Positions 1 through 9,664 of a stretch of DNA of 64,000 nt are shown one piece after another; position 1 is the first letter of the stretch, and each line of letters opens with the position of its first letter. Below the pieces are notes generated by a model, which was not told where the DNA came from, searched no databases, and saw only the letters and a program-made list of their open reading frames with translations. This DNA comes from Rhabdothermincola salaria (GTDB taxonomy: Bacteria > Actinomycetota > Acidimicrobiia > Acidimicrobiales > Acidimicrobilacustridaceae). The stretch spans positions 620,001-684,000 of the forward strand of contig NZ_JAJQXW010000002.1 of the NCBI RefSeq assembly GCF_021246445.1, read 5' to 3'. The translations under genes and the position numbers were made by a program.

Positions 1-812
1 CCGGCCTGGCGGTCTTCTCGCTGGTCGCCGCCTTCGTGGTCGGCTTCTCCAGCGAGGCCCAAGCCCCCATCGACCGGGTGCTCGGCCCGCTCACCATGGG
101 CTGGAAGGGCGGCGTCGGCAACCACGTCGCCTACACCCTCTTCGTCGGCCTGTTCGGGGTCTCCGCCGGGCTCGCCGGCATCCTCGTGGCCTTCCGCGAC
201 GCCGACCCCGAGGCCGACGCCGAAGTCTTGAGGGCCGAGAGCGTGCCCCTCACCCGGGCTCCGGCCGGCATGAACTACCTCCCGGCCATCGCCGCGGTCG
301 CCGTCGTCGTGGCGCTCATCGGCACCAGCACGGCCAACACCGGCCTGGCCCTGGCCGCCGTCGCCACCCTCGTGGCCGTCGGCCTCACCTGGATGCTGCG
401 GGCCTGGGCCGAGCGGGCCACCGGCGACGACACCACCAACGCCGAGCTCTACCACCGCTTCATCGACCCGCTGCGCCTCCCGATCGTGTCCGTCGTCGCC
501 ATCGCCATCGTCGTGCTCGGCGTCTCCCGGGTGCTGCTGGCGGTCTCCAAGACCGGCTCGGTGATCGTGTTCTCGGTCATCGCCACCGTGATCTTCGGCA
601 TCACCATCCTGCTCGCTCTCGTGCCGAAGTCGGGCCGCTACGTGGTCACCGGCCTCGTGGTTGCCGGAGCGCTGCTGGTCATCGCCGGGGGTGTCATCGG
701 AGCCGTCGCCGGAGAGCGCGACTTCGAGCACCACGGCGGCGAGCACGGCGCCGAGGAGACCGGCGGCGCCACCGAATCCGGCTTGGCTCCGCTGGTGGTC
801 GGCCCCTCATGA
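1..812 (+). CDS. Multi-pass membrane protein upstream of the oxidase operon, 5'-truncated; possibly CtaF-like N-terminal half
   Basis: Frame is open from position 3 to TGA 810-812. About 7 hydrophobic segments, an acidic linker (DADPEADAE) and a His-rich tail. Confidence 0.7.
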   Translation, partial: GLAVFSLVAAFVVGFSSEAQAPIDRVLGPLTMGWKGGVGNHVAYTLFVGLFGVSAGLAGILVAFRDADPEADAEVLRAESVPLTRAPAGMNYLPAIAAVAVVVALIGTSTANTGLALAAVATLVAVGLTWMLRAWAERATGDDTTNAELYHRFIDPLRLPIVSVVAIAIVVLGVSRVLLAVSKTGSVIVFSVIATVIFGITILLALVPKSGRYVVTGLVVAGALLVIAGGVIGAVAGERDFEHHGGEHGAEETGGATESGLAPLVVGPS

Positions 813-994
813 CCGTCCTCGCGGCAACCCCTTCGCTCTGCGTCCGCGGACCCGTGCCCGGAATGGCGCGGCAGTCGGCCCGTGGGCGACACTTCAACTG
901 CGTCATCGCCGGTCGTACTCGTGTCGAGGTCGTTGGTTCGGGCCCGATCCCCTCGTCCCACGTCGAGGCCGTCACCGCCCTCGGAGGAGAGTAA

Positions 995-2200
995 ATGCCC
1001 CGCCGTTCCGTCCTCGTCCGGATCCTGCAGGTCGTGACCCTCGTGGTCGTGACCGTGCTCTTCGTGGTGCTGATCATCGACAGCTTCCTCAACGATGGCA
1101 AGCCGCTCACCACGCTGCGCCCGGAGGGACCGGCCGCCCAGGACATCCAGAACCTGGTGTGGCCCGTCTTCCTCGTGGCCGGCATCGTGTTCGTCGGGGT
1201 CTTCGGGGCGATCGGCTTCATCATCATGAAGTTCCGCCAGCGCGACGACGACGATCCCGAGCAGTTCCCCGAGCAGGTCCACGGGCGCACCGGCCTCGAG
1301 ATCGGCTGGACCATCCTCCCGGCCCTCATCCTCGCCGGCGTGGCCGTGGGCACGGTCATCACCATCATCAACCTCGACAAGCGCGCCGACGACGCCATCC
1401 CGGTCAAGGTCGTCGGCCAGCAGTTCTGGTGGAGCTTCCACTACGACCTGAACAACGACGGCAACTTCGAGGGCCCCGAGGACCTCACCACCGCCGGTGA
1501 GCTGGTGGTGCCCGTCGGCCGCGAGATCGAGATCGTCACCACCTCCAACGACGTCATCCACTCGTTCTGGATCCCGGGCCTCAACGGCAAGAAGGACGCC
1601 GTGCCCAACCTCTTGAACCCCATCAAGCTCGAGGCCGACGTCGAAGGCGTCTTCCTGGGCCAGTGCACCGAGTTCTGCGGTCTGTCGCACGCCAACATGC
1701 GGATGCTGGTGCGCTCGGTGTCCCAGGACACCTACGACGCCTGGCTCGAGAACCAGCTCACCGACAAGTCGGCGGAGCCGACCGATCCCGACGCTGCCGA
1801 GGGGCGTGAGATCTTCACCCAGCAGTGCGCCGCCTGCCACCTCGTCGACGGGGTCAGCGATCCCGAGGACGTGCCCTTGGTGGCGGGTGTGGCGCCCGAC
1901 CTCACCCACCTCATGACCCGAGGCACCTTCGCCGGGTCGATCTTCAACCTCTACGCCCCCGACGGTGAGCCCATCGGCGGCAACCCCGAAGAGGTGGCCA
2001 ACCCCGGAGACCCGGGTGAGGCCCTCACCGGCGGGCCCGTCGACGAAGGGCGGGTCAACCGCGGCATCCTCGAGGACTGGCTGCGCAACGCCCCGGCGCT
2101 CAAGCCGGCCGCCGCCGACGAGGGCCGGGGCATGCCCGACCTCGGGCTCACCGAGGACCAGATCGACAAGCTGGTCGCCTACCTCTACACGCTCAACTAG
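995..2200 (+). CDS. ctaC: Cytochrome c oxidase subunit II with fused C-terminal cytochrome c domain (caa3 type)
   Basis: DVIHSFW and the CuA motif CTEFCGLSHANM, heme-c motif CAACH, SD GGAGGAG upstream. Confidence 0.96.
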   Translation: MPRRSVLVRILQVVTLVVVTVLFVVLIIDSFLNDGKPLTTLRPEGPAAQDIQNLVWPVFLVAGIVFVGVFGAIGFIIMKFRQRDDDDPEQFPEQVHGRTGLEIGWTILPALILAGVAVGTVITIINLDKRADDAIPVKVVGQQFWWSFHYDLNNDGNFEGPEDLTTAGELVVPVGREIEIVTTSNDVIHSFWIPGLNGKKDAVPNLLNPIKLEADVEGVFLGQCTEFCGLSHANMRMLVRSVSQDTYDAWLENQLTDKSAEPTDPDAAEGREIFTQQCAACHLVDGVSDPEDVPLVAGVAPDLTHLMTRGTFAGSIFNLYAPDGEPIGGNPEEVANPGDPGEALTGGPVDEGRVNRGILEDWLRNAPALKPAAADEGRGMPDLGLTEDQIDKLVAYLYTLN

Positions 2201-2269
2201 CGCCCGTGACCTCCCGCCCCACCGTGACGACGACCTCCTCCGCTTCCCTCGCCGCTTCCGGAGCACCCC

Positions 2270-4309
2270 ATGGCCATGTCTGATTCCACCCAGCTCGCGC
2301 TGCCCTCGGGCGGCGGCGAGCCGACCTACCGCCCGGGCGGCGTCTTCGCCCGCCCCAACACCACCAAGGGCTGGCGGTCGTGGGTGACCACCGTCGACCA
2401 CAAGAAGATCGGCGTCATGTACGGCGCCACCGCCCTGTTCTTCTTGTTGGTGGGTGGCATCGAGGCCCTGCTCATCCGGGTCCAGCTGTGGGCCCCCCGC
2501 GGCACGCTGCTCTCGGCCGACCTGTACAACCAGGTCTTCACCATGCACGGCACCACCATGATCTTCCTGGTGGTGATGCCCATCGGTGCGGCGTTCGCCA
2601 ACTACCTGATGCCCCTGCAGATCGGCGCCCGAGACGTCGCCTTCCCGCGCATCAACGCGTTCAGCTACTGGATCTTCCTCACCGGCGGCATCTTCCTCAA
2701 CACCAGCTGGTTCCTCGGCGGCGGGGCCGACGGCGGCTGGTTCAACTACGCCCCCAACAACGGCGTGATCTTCTCGCCGAGCAACGGCATCGACTTCTGG
2801 AACCTCGGCCTCATCATGACGGGCATCGGGTCGCTCACCGGTGCGGTGAACCTCATCACCACGGTGCTCAACCTGCGGGCCCCGGGCATGAGCCTCATGC
2901 GCATGCCGGTGTTCACCTGGATGACCCTGGTCACCCAGTTCCTGTTGCTGTTCGCCATCCCGGTGCTCACCGTCGCCCAGGTCCTGCTCATGATGGACCG
3001 CCTCTTCGACGCCAACTTCTTCAACGTCGCCAAGGGCGCCAACCCGCTGCTGTGGCAGCACCTGTTCTGGATCTTCGGTCACCCCGAGGTGTACCTGATG
3101 ATCCTGCCCGCCTTCGGCCTGGTGTCGGAGATGCTGCCCACGTTCTCCCGCAAGCCCATCTTCGGCTACCCGTTCATCGTCTTCTCGGGCGTGGCCATCG
3201 GCTTCATGGGCTTCGGCGTGTGGGCCCACCACATGTTCGTCTCGGGCATCGGGCCCATCTCGGTCACCACCTTCGCCCTCACCACGATGTTCATCGCCGT
3301 GCCGACGGGTGTGAAGATCCTGAACTGGACCGCCACCATGTGGGGCGGCAAGTTGCAGTTCACCAGCCCGATGCTGTTCTCCATCGGCCTGGTCACCATG
3401 TTCACCATCGGTGGCCTGTCCGGCGTCACCCACGCGGTGGCCCCCGCCGACACCCAGCAGACCGACACCTACTACATCGTCGCCCACTTCCACTACGTGC
3501 TGTTCGGCGGCGCCTTCTTCGGCTTCGTCGGGGCCTTCTACTACTACTGGCCCAAGGTCTTCGGCTACCTGCTCAACGAGAAGATCGGCAAGGGGAACTT
3601 CTGGTTGATGCTGCTGGGCTTCAACCTCACCTTCGCACCCATGCACGTGCTCGGCCTGCAGGGCATGAGCCGACGCATCTACACCTACGACCAGGGCTAC
3701 GGCTTCGAGCTGTGGAACAAGGTCGCCACCATCGGGTCGTTCGTCCTGGCGACCAGCGTGGCCATCTTCTTGTTCAACATCTTCTACAGCAAGGCCAAGG
3801 CCAAGTCCCTCCCCGCGGTGGGTGCCGACCCGTGGGATTCGCGCACCATCGAGTGGATGACCCCCTCGCCGGTGCCGTTCTACAACTTCGACCCCATCCC
3901 CACCGTCAGCCGGGTCGACGACTTCTGGTACCGCAAGTACGGCGAGACCAAGGACGGCCAGCTCGTGCGCATCGCCGCCACCGACGACGTCGTCCAGAAG
4001 CGCACCGACGGCAAGGGCATCCACCTGCCGTCGCCTTCCTACTGGCCTCTGGTCGTGGCCATCGGCCTGCCCATCGTCGGCTACGGCCTGCTCTACACCC
4101 TCTGGCTGGCACTCATCGGTGGTCTGATCACGGTCGGCGGTCTCTTCGGTTGGGCCCTCGAGCCGCCGGACGATCCCGATGCCGGCCACGACGACGACCA
4201 CGCCCCCGACGACCACTCCGCCTCCGGCGGTGAGGTGGCTCCCGCCGACGTGAGCGAAGAGGCCGACGACGAGGTCGCCGCCGACAAGGAGGTCGAGACC
4301 GTTGGCTGA
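2270..4309 (+). CDS. ctaD: Cytochrome c oxidase subunit I with C-terminal two-helix extension
   Basis: DHKKIG, FTMHGT, WIFGHPEVY, VWAHHM and AHFHYV motifs. Extension GIHLPSPSYWP followed by 2 TM helices. Confidence 0.98.
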   Translation: MAMSDSTQLALPSGGGEPTYRPGGVFARPNTTKGWRSWVTTVDHKKIGVMYGATALFFLLVGGIEALLIRVQLWAPRGTLLSADLYNQVFTMHGTTMIFLVVMPIGAAFANYLMPLQIGARDVAFPRINAFSYWIFLTGGIFLNTSWFLGGGADGGWFNYAPNNGVIFSPSNGIDFWNLGLIMTGIGSLTGAVNLITTVLNLRAPGMSLMRMPVFTWMTLVTQFLLLFAIPVLTVAQVLLMMDRLFDANFFNVAKGANPLLWQHLFWIFGHPEVYLMILPAFGLVSEMLPTFSRKPIFGYPFIVFSGVAIGFMGFGVWAHHMFVSGIGPISVTTFALTTMFIAVPTGVKILNWTATMWGGKLQFTSPMLFSIGLVTMFTIGGLSGVTHAVAPADTQQTDTYYIVAHFHYVLFGGAFFGFVGAFYYYWPKVFGYLLNEKIGKGNFWLMLLGFNLTFAPMHVLGLQGMSRRIYTYDQGYGFELWNKVATIGSFVLATSVAIFLFNIFYSKAKAKSLPAVGADPWDSRTIEWMTPSPVPFYNFDPIPTVSRVDDFWYRKYGETKDGQLVRIAATDDVVQKRTDGKGIHLPSPSYWPLVVAIGLPIVGYGLLYTLWLALIGGLITVGGLFGWALEPPDDPDAGHDDDHAPDDHSASGGEVAPADVSEEADDEVAADKEVETVG

Positions 4310-4934
4310 GCCGCTCACGGCCCATCCCACCGTGGCCGAAGCCGATGCCCACGCTCCCGTGGCCCACATCGAGCACGACACCAACACCGGCATCTCCAAC
4401 ACCAAGTTGGCGATGTGGTTGTTCCTGGCCTCGGAGTGCCTGCTCTTCGGCGGGCTGATCAGCACCTACCTGCTGTACAAGAACCCGCTCGAGGGCCCCT
4501 CGGGTGCCGACCTGTTCGACATCCCCTTCACGTCGGCGTCGTCGTTCGTGCTGCTGATGAGCTCGCTCACCATGGTGCTCGCCGTGTCCGCCATCGAGCG
4601 GGGCGACCATCACCGCATGCGCATCTGGCTCGGCTCCACCGCGCTGCTCGGCTCGACCTTCGTGGCCGGTCAGATCTACGAGTTCACCGCCTTCTACCGT
4701 GAGGGCCTCGGCTTCACCACCAGCCGTTTCAGCTCCGCCTTCTACACGCTCACCGGCTTCCACGGGGTCCACGTCACGGTCGGCATCATCATGCTGGTCG
4801 TGCTCGTCATGCTCTCGATCCGTGGGCGCCTCCCCGAGCACAGGTCCGAGACCGTCGAGGTCGTCGGCCTGTACTGGCACTTCGTCGACATCGTGTGGAT
4901 CCTGATCTTCGCGATCGTCTACCTCATCCCGTAG
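4302..4934 (+). CDS. ctaE: Cytochrome c oxidase subunit III
   Basis: WLFLASE, TGFHGVHV and YWHFVD motifs. TTG start overlaps the ctaD end. Confidence 0.95.
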   Translation: MAEPLTAHPTVAEADAHAPVAHIEHDTNTGISNTKLAMWLFLASECLLFGGLISTYLLYKNPLEGPSGADLFDIPFTSASSFVLLMSSLTMVLAVSAIERGDHHRMRIWLGSTALLGSTFVAGQIYEFTAFYREGLGFTTSRFSSAFYTLTGFHGVHVTVGIIMLVVLVMLSIRGRLPEHRSETVEVVGLYWHFVDIVWILIFAIVYLIP

Positions 4935-4944
4935 GAGCACGTCA

Positions 4945-5325
4945 GTGACCACCGTCTCCACCCACGACCCGGTCCCCACCGAGCTGCTCGACGGCGCAGA
5001 GAAGCCGTACTCCCGCGACAAGGTCTACGTGCTCACGGCCGTCTTCCTGGCCGTGCTGACCGCGCTCGAGGTCGCCGTCGTCGAGGTCGACTTCGTGCTG
5101 TGGTCCGGCCCGATGCTGGTGCCCGTGCTGCTCATCCTCATGGCGGTCAAGTTCTTCGCCGTGGCCTGGATCTTCATGCACCTCAAGTTCGACAAGCCCA
5201 TCCTCACCTGGGCCTTCTACGCCGGGCTCATCACCGCGGTGCTGGTGTACCTCGGGATGCTCACCGCCTTCCGCATCTGGTGGCCGGGCGCCCAGGACGT
5301 CGAGCCGGGCCAGACCGGCGCCTGA
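4945..5325 (+). CDS. Cytochrome c oxidase subunit IV (caa3/CyoD-like)
   Basis: Three TM helices with LTALE and FMHLKFD motifs; last gene of the operon. Confidence 0.88.
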   Translation: MTTVSTHDPVPTELLDGAEKPYSRDKVYVLTAVFLAVLTALEVAVVEVDFVLWSGPMLVPVLLILMAVKFFAVAWIFMHLKFDKPILTWAFYAGLITAVLVYLGMLTAFRIWWPGAQDVEPGQTGA

Positions 5326-5684
5326 CCCAGTCGAGGCCTCGACCCAGCCGGGGACGTGACCCGGACTGGGGGGTCCGCCCCGGACATCGGATCTGGGCGG
5401 GACGGGGATCCGATTCGAACCGCCGCCTGAGTCGGGCCATCGCCTGAGCCAGGTCCCGGCCTCCTGCCCACGCAGCGGGCCGGGCGCTCGGTCCACGTCT
5501 CCGTGGCCTGGTTCGGTGCGCCAGGCCCGGGTGCGGACGCGAGGCGTACCGCCACACCGTCGACCTCGTCGGGGCCGACCGTCAGTGTCACCGCGACCGC
5601 GTCGTGGCCCTGGGGCTCACCCTGCGGTGGCACCGACACAGGCCGCCGCGGCCGCAGCCCTGGAACACGCCCGGACGGCGCCGG

Positions 5685-6416
5685 TCAGGCCTCCCAGCGG
5701 AACCAGCGCACGGCCGCGGCCGGCGCCAGCACCGCCCAGACGCCGAGCACCACCCACGACGATCCCGCCGAGGGAGCGCCGTCGCGCAGGCAGCTCTGCA
5801 GCACTTCGCTCAGCGCCCCCGAGGGCAGGGCTCCACCGAAGGCGGCCAGCGGGCCGGGCAGCTCGGTGAGGGGCACGACCATGCCACCGAGGAGCAACAG
5901 CACCAGGTACAGCCCGTTGGCCGCAGCCAACGTCACCGTCCCCTTGAGGGTGCCGGCCATCAACAGCCCTATGCCACCGAACGCCGCCGCCCCCAGCACG
6001 ATGGCGGGGACCGCCAGCGGCGGCGTGCCGCCCGGCGACCAGCCGAGCAACAGCGCGGCCACCACCAGCGCCAGCACCTGCAGCACCAGCAGGGCCAGGA
6101 CCATGGCGATCTTGGCCGCCACCCATCGGCCCCGACCCAGCGGGGTGGAGCCGAGGCGTTTGAGCACGCCGTACTGGCGCTCGAAGCCGGTGCCGATGCC
6201 CAGGCTCACCATGGCGCTGGACATGACGGCCAAGGCCAGCACGCCCGGCGTGAGGAAGGCCACCGCCTCGTCGACCCCGTCGGGGAGGGGCAACACGTCG
6301 ACGAGGGAGAAGAAGACGAGCAACAGCAGTGGGATGGCCAGGCTGACCAGCACCTGCTCGCCGTTGCGGAGGCTGAGGGTGAGCTCGGTGCGGGTCTGAG
6401 CGGTGAGGGCGTTCAC
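5685..6416 (-). CDS. ABC-2 type transporter permease
   Basis: GTG 6416 overlaps the ATPase stop (GTGA). FERQYGVLKRLGSTPL motif, 6 TM helices. Confidence 0.9.
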   Translation of the reverse strand: MNALTAQTRTELTLSLRNGEQVLVSLAIPLLLLVFFSLVDVLPLPDGVDEAVAFLTPGVLALAVMSSAMVSLGIGTGFERQYGVLKRLGSTPLGRGRWVAAKIAMVLALLVLQVLALVVAALLLGWSPGGTPPLAVPAIVLGAAAFGGIGLLMAGTLKGTVTLAAANGLYLVLLLLGGMVVPLTELPGPLAAFGGALPSGALSEVLQSCLRDGAPSAGSSWVVLGVWAVLAPAAAVRWFRWEA

Positions 6417-7405
6417 CGGCGTGACCTCCGTCGTGCTCCGCGCCCGGGCGGGTCCGGGTCCGGGTCCGGTTCGCGGTCGCGGCCGGCGTCGGCGGTGAGG
6501 CGCAAGAAGACGTCCTCGAGCGATTGGCGCCCGGCCCGCAGGTCGGCCAGGGGCGCGTCGTGTTCGGCCAGCCATGCGGTCAGGGCGGCCACGGTCGCCG
6601 GCGCCGGCGGGGCGTCGACCAGGTACTCGCCCGGCGTCACCTCGGTGACCCGGGCGTCGAGGTGGGCGGAGAGGGAGGTGATGTCCAGCCCGCCCGGGGC
6701 CCCGAAGCGCACCTGCGCGCCACCGTCGTCGTTCATGAGGTCGTGGGGGGTGCCCTCGGCCAGCAGGCGGCCGTGGTCGATGATCACGACCTGGTCGGCC
6801 AGGCGCGCCGCCTCGTCGAGGTCGTGGGTGGTGAGCACCACGCACACCCCCTCGGCCCGCAGGTCGCGGACCACCTGGCGGATCACCTGGCGGCCGCTCG
6901 GGTCGATGCCGGCCGTGGGCTCGTCGAGGAACACCACCTCCGGTCGGCCCACCAGGGCGAGGGCCAGGGAGAGGCGCTGCTGCTCACCGCCGGAGAGCTG
7001 CTTCCACGTGGCCCGCCGCCGCTCGCGGAGGCCGACCCGCCCGAGGAGCTCCTCGGCGTCCTCGGGCTCGGCGTAGTAGGCGGCGAACAGGCGCACGGCC
7101 TCTTCGACCCGGATGCCCGTGTACACCCCACCCGACTGGAGCATCACCCCGATGCGGCCCACCACGGCTCGGTGTTCGGCCACGGGGTCGCACCCGAGCA
7201 CGCGGACCACGCCGCCGGACGGGCGTCGGTAGCCCTCGAGGGTCTCGACCGTGGTGGTCTTGCCGGCGCCGTTCGGGCCCAACAGCGCCGTCACCTCGCC
7301 GCGGTGAGCCCGGAAGGTCAGGTGGTCGACGGCTCGCAGCGAGCCGTGGTCGACGACGAGGTCGAGCACCTCCACCGCCGGGGTCGCTGGTCGATCGGGG
7401 CGCAC
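6413..7405 (-). CDS. ABC transporter ATP-binding protein (DrrA-like)
   Basis: GPNGAGKT, LSGGE and FLDEPT motifs. Confidence 0.95.
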   Translation of the reverse strand: MRPDRPATPAVEVLDLVVDHGSLRAVDHLTFRAHRGEVTALLGPNGAGKTTTVETLEGYRRPSGGVVRVLGCDPVAEHRAVVGRIGVMLQSGGVYTGIRVEEAVRLFAAYYAEPEDAEELLGRVGLRERRRATWKQLSGGEQQRLSLALALVGRPEVVFLDEPTAGIDPSGRQVIRQVVRDLRAEGVCVVLTTHDLDEAARLADQVVIIDHGRLLAEGTPHDLMNDDGGAQVRFGAPGGLDITSLSAHLDARVTEVTPGEYLVDAPPAPATVAALTAWLAEHDAPLADLRAGRQSLEDVFLRLTADAGRDREPDPDPDPPGRGARRRSRR

Positions 7406-7507
7406 GCGCCGACGCTACCCGGACGTCCCCATCGCCTCGCCATCGCGGGGTCGGCCAGGAGCCCCGGCCCGCAGGCCCCTCACCGTCGGGGCGGTATCGT
7501 CGCCCCC

Positions 7508-8794
7508 GTGATCGACATCCGCCGCATCCGCACCGATCTCGATGCCGTGACCGCGGCGTTGGCTCGCCGGGGCGATGGCACCGACGAGGTGACCGAGGTC
7601 CACCGCCTCGACGAGCAGGCCCGCCTGCTGTCCGCCGAGCGCGACGGGCTGCGCTCGCAGGTCAACGCCCTCTCCAAACAGGTCGGGATGCTGCGCCGCG
7701 ACGGTGACGTGGCCGCGGCCGAGGCCAGGCAGGCCGAGAGTCGCGAGCTGGGCGAGCTCGAGAAGCGGCTCACGGCCGAGGCCGACGAGCTCTCGGCGCG
7801 GGTCCGCGACCTGCTGTTGCGCATCCCCAACCTGCCGGCCGCCGACGTGCCCGACGGCGGCGGTCCCGCCGACAACCCCACGGTGAAGGTCGTGGGCCCC
7901 GGCGACGACCCCGCCGCGTGGGCCGCTCACCAGCGCGTGCCCCACTGGGACATCGGCACCGACCTCGGCATCTTGGACCTCGAGCGTGGCGTGAAGCTCT
8001 CCGGGGCCATGTTCACAATGTTCCGCAAGCAGGGCGCCACCCTGGCGCGGGCCCTCTGCCAGGCCGCGCTCGACCGCAACAGCGATGCGTTCGAGGAGGT
8101 CCGCCCGCCCACCGTGGTGCTCACCGAGACCATGGTGAGCACCGGCCACCTGCCCAAGTTCGCCGACGACGCCTACCACCTCGAGCGCGACGACCTGTGG
8201 GCCATCCCCACCGCCGAGGTGCCCCTCACCTCGCTGGCCCGCGACGAGGTGCTCGCCGAGGCCGACCTGCCCATGCGGCTCATGGCCTACACCCCGTGCT
8301 TCCGGCGCGAGGCCGGATCGGCCGGACGTGACACGCGTGGCCTGTTGCGGGTGCACGAGTTCGACAAAGTCGAGATCCTCGCCTACACCACACCGGCGCA
8401 AGCGGCCGACATGCACGCCGAGATCCTGGCCCGGGCCGAGGGCCTCATCGCCGAGCTGGGCCTCACCTACCGGGTCCTCGACCTGTGCGCCGGCGACCTC
8501 GGCAACTCCGCCGCCCGCACCTTCGACATCGAGGTCTACGCCCCCGGTGTCGACCAGTGGCTGGAGGTGTCGTCGGTGTCGTGGTTCAGCGACTACCAGG
8601 CCCGGCGGGCCAACATCCGCTTCCGGCCGAGCGAGGGCAAGGGCACCGAGGTGGTGCACACCCTCAACGGCTCGGCCCTCGCCGTCCCCCGCGTCTGGGC
8701 CGCAGTGGTGGAGACGCACCGCCAACCCGACGGCTCGGTGCGGGTGCCCGAGGTCCTGCACCCCTACCTGCGCGGCGCCACCGAGATCCGCTGA
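7508..8794 (+). CDS. serS: Serine--tRNA ligase
   Basis: N-terminal coiled coil, PTAEVP, FRREAG..GRDTRGLLRVHEFDKVE and HTLNGS. True start is GTG 7508; the ORF-track start is over-extended. Confidence 0.97.
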   Translation: MIDIRRIRTDLDAVTAALARRGDGTDEVTEVHRLDEQARLLSAERDGLRSQVNALSKQVGMLRRDGDVAAAEARQAESRELGELEKRLTAEADELSARVRDLLLRIPNLPAADVPDGGGPADNPTVKVVGPGDDPAAWAAHQRVPHWDIGTDLGILDLERGVKLSGAMFTMFRKQGATLARALCQAALDRNSDAFEEVRPPTVVLTETMVSTGHLPKFADDAYHLERDDLWAIPTAEVPLTSLARDEVLAEADLPMRLMAYTPCFRREAGSAGRDTRGLLRVHEFDKVEILAYTTPAQAADMHAEILARAEGLIAELGLTYRVLDLCAGDLGNSAARTFDIEVYAPGVDQWLEVSSVSWFSDYQARRANIRFRPSEGKGTEVVHTLNGSALAVPRVWAAVVETHRQPDGSVRVPEVLHPYLRGATEIR

Positions 8795-8804
8795 GCGTCT
8801 GGCC

Positions 8805-9200
8805 GTGCGCACCACACCGGCGCGGGTGCTGGCCGTCGCCGTCGGCGGGGCGCTCGGCACCTGGCTGCGGTGGGCGGTGGTGAGCACCTGGCCCATCCGG
8901 CCGGACCGCTTCCCCACCACGACCCTGGTCGTGAACCTCGTGGGCGCGTTCGTGTTGGCGCTGGTGATCGTGGCCCTGCTCGAACGGCGCCGCCGGGCCC
9001 TGGCCCACGCCTTGCTCGGCACCGGGCTGCTCGGTGCCCTCACCACCTTCTCCACCATGTCGGTCGAGGTGGTCACCCTCGTCCGCCTGCAGCATTTCTG
9101 GGTCGGTGCCGCCTACCTCGTCGTGTCGTTGGTGCTCGGGGTGCTGGCCATGATCGGCGGTCTGGCCCTGGGGCGGTCGTGGTGGAGGGCCGAGGCGTGA
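8805..9200 (+). CDS. crcB: Fluoride channel Fluc/CrcB, first of a pair
   Basis: GGALG..LR, TLVVNLVGAF and GALTTFST motifs. Confidence 0.9.
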   Translation: MRTTPARVLAVAVGGALGTWLRWAVVSTWPIRPDRFPTTTLVVNLVGAFVLALVIVALLERRRRALAHALLGTGLLGALTTFSTMSVEVVTLVRLQHFWVGAAYLVVSLVLGVLAMIGGLALGRSWWRAEA

Positions 9201-9574
9201 CCGTCGTCGTCGTGGGTCTCGCCGGCGCGCTGGGGGCCGTGTGCCGCCACCTCCTCGACGTCGCCCTGCGACGCACGGTCGGGCCGGGTCCGTCAGCCGG
9301 CGTGCTCCTGGCCAACGTGGCGGGCTCGCTCGTCGTGGGCTTCCTCGTGGGCACCGCGTTCGAAGAGGGACTCGACCGCGACCTGCGCCTGGCGGTGGTC
9401 GTCGGGTTCTGCGGGGCCTTCACCACCTTCTCCACCCTCATGGCCGAGATCGTCAACATGCTCGAGGGCGAAGGCGCCCACGACGGGGTGGGGGCCGCCC
9501 TGGGCTGGGCGATGGTCTCCGTCGGCGGCGGGGTGGGGGCCGCGGCCATCGGGTGGTCGGTCGCCATCGCCTGA
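9197..9574 (+). CDS. crcB: Fluoride channel Fluc/CrcB, second of a pair
   Basis: GTGA overlap with the first copy. GALGAVCR, LANVAGS and GFCGAFTTFST motifs. Confidence 0.9.
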   Translation: MTVVVVGLAGALGAVCRHLLDVALRRTVGPGPSAGVLLANVAGSLVVGFLVGTAFEEGLDRDLRLAVVVGFCGAFTTFSTLMAEIVNMLEGEGAHDGVGAALGWAMVSVGGGVGAAAIGWSVAIA

Positions 9575-9664
9575 CGCCGAGCCGGGCTGTTCGGGACCTC
9601 TTGCCCGGGCATCGGTGTCGTTCAGGGCTGGGCAGGCACCGTGGGCATGGGGTTGACTGCGGGC

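Noticed and set aside
638..4465. 1275-aa minus-strand ORF and similar long ORFs (34079-36718, 35001-38684, 44413-47229, 51728-54220, 60562-62820)
   Set aside because: Antisense or off-frame shadows of well-identified genes, expected in high-GC DNA; no recognisable motifs.
5395..5435. TTCGAA T-loop-like sequence suggesting a tRNA fragment or att site
   Set aside because: The flanks do not pair into a T-stem and no acceptor or anticodon arms can be built.
6524..7507. N-terminal extension of SerS in the ORF track; likewise the extensions of glnA1 (24902), serpin (17854), DUF305 (28998) and tadA (43840)
   Set aside because: The extensions overlap other genes or promoters; family N-termini and promoter/SD signals place the starts downstream.
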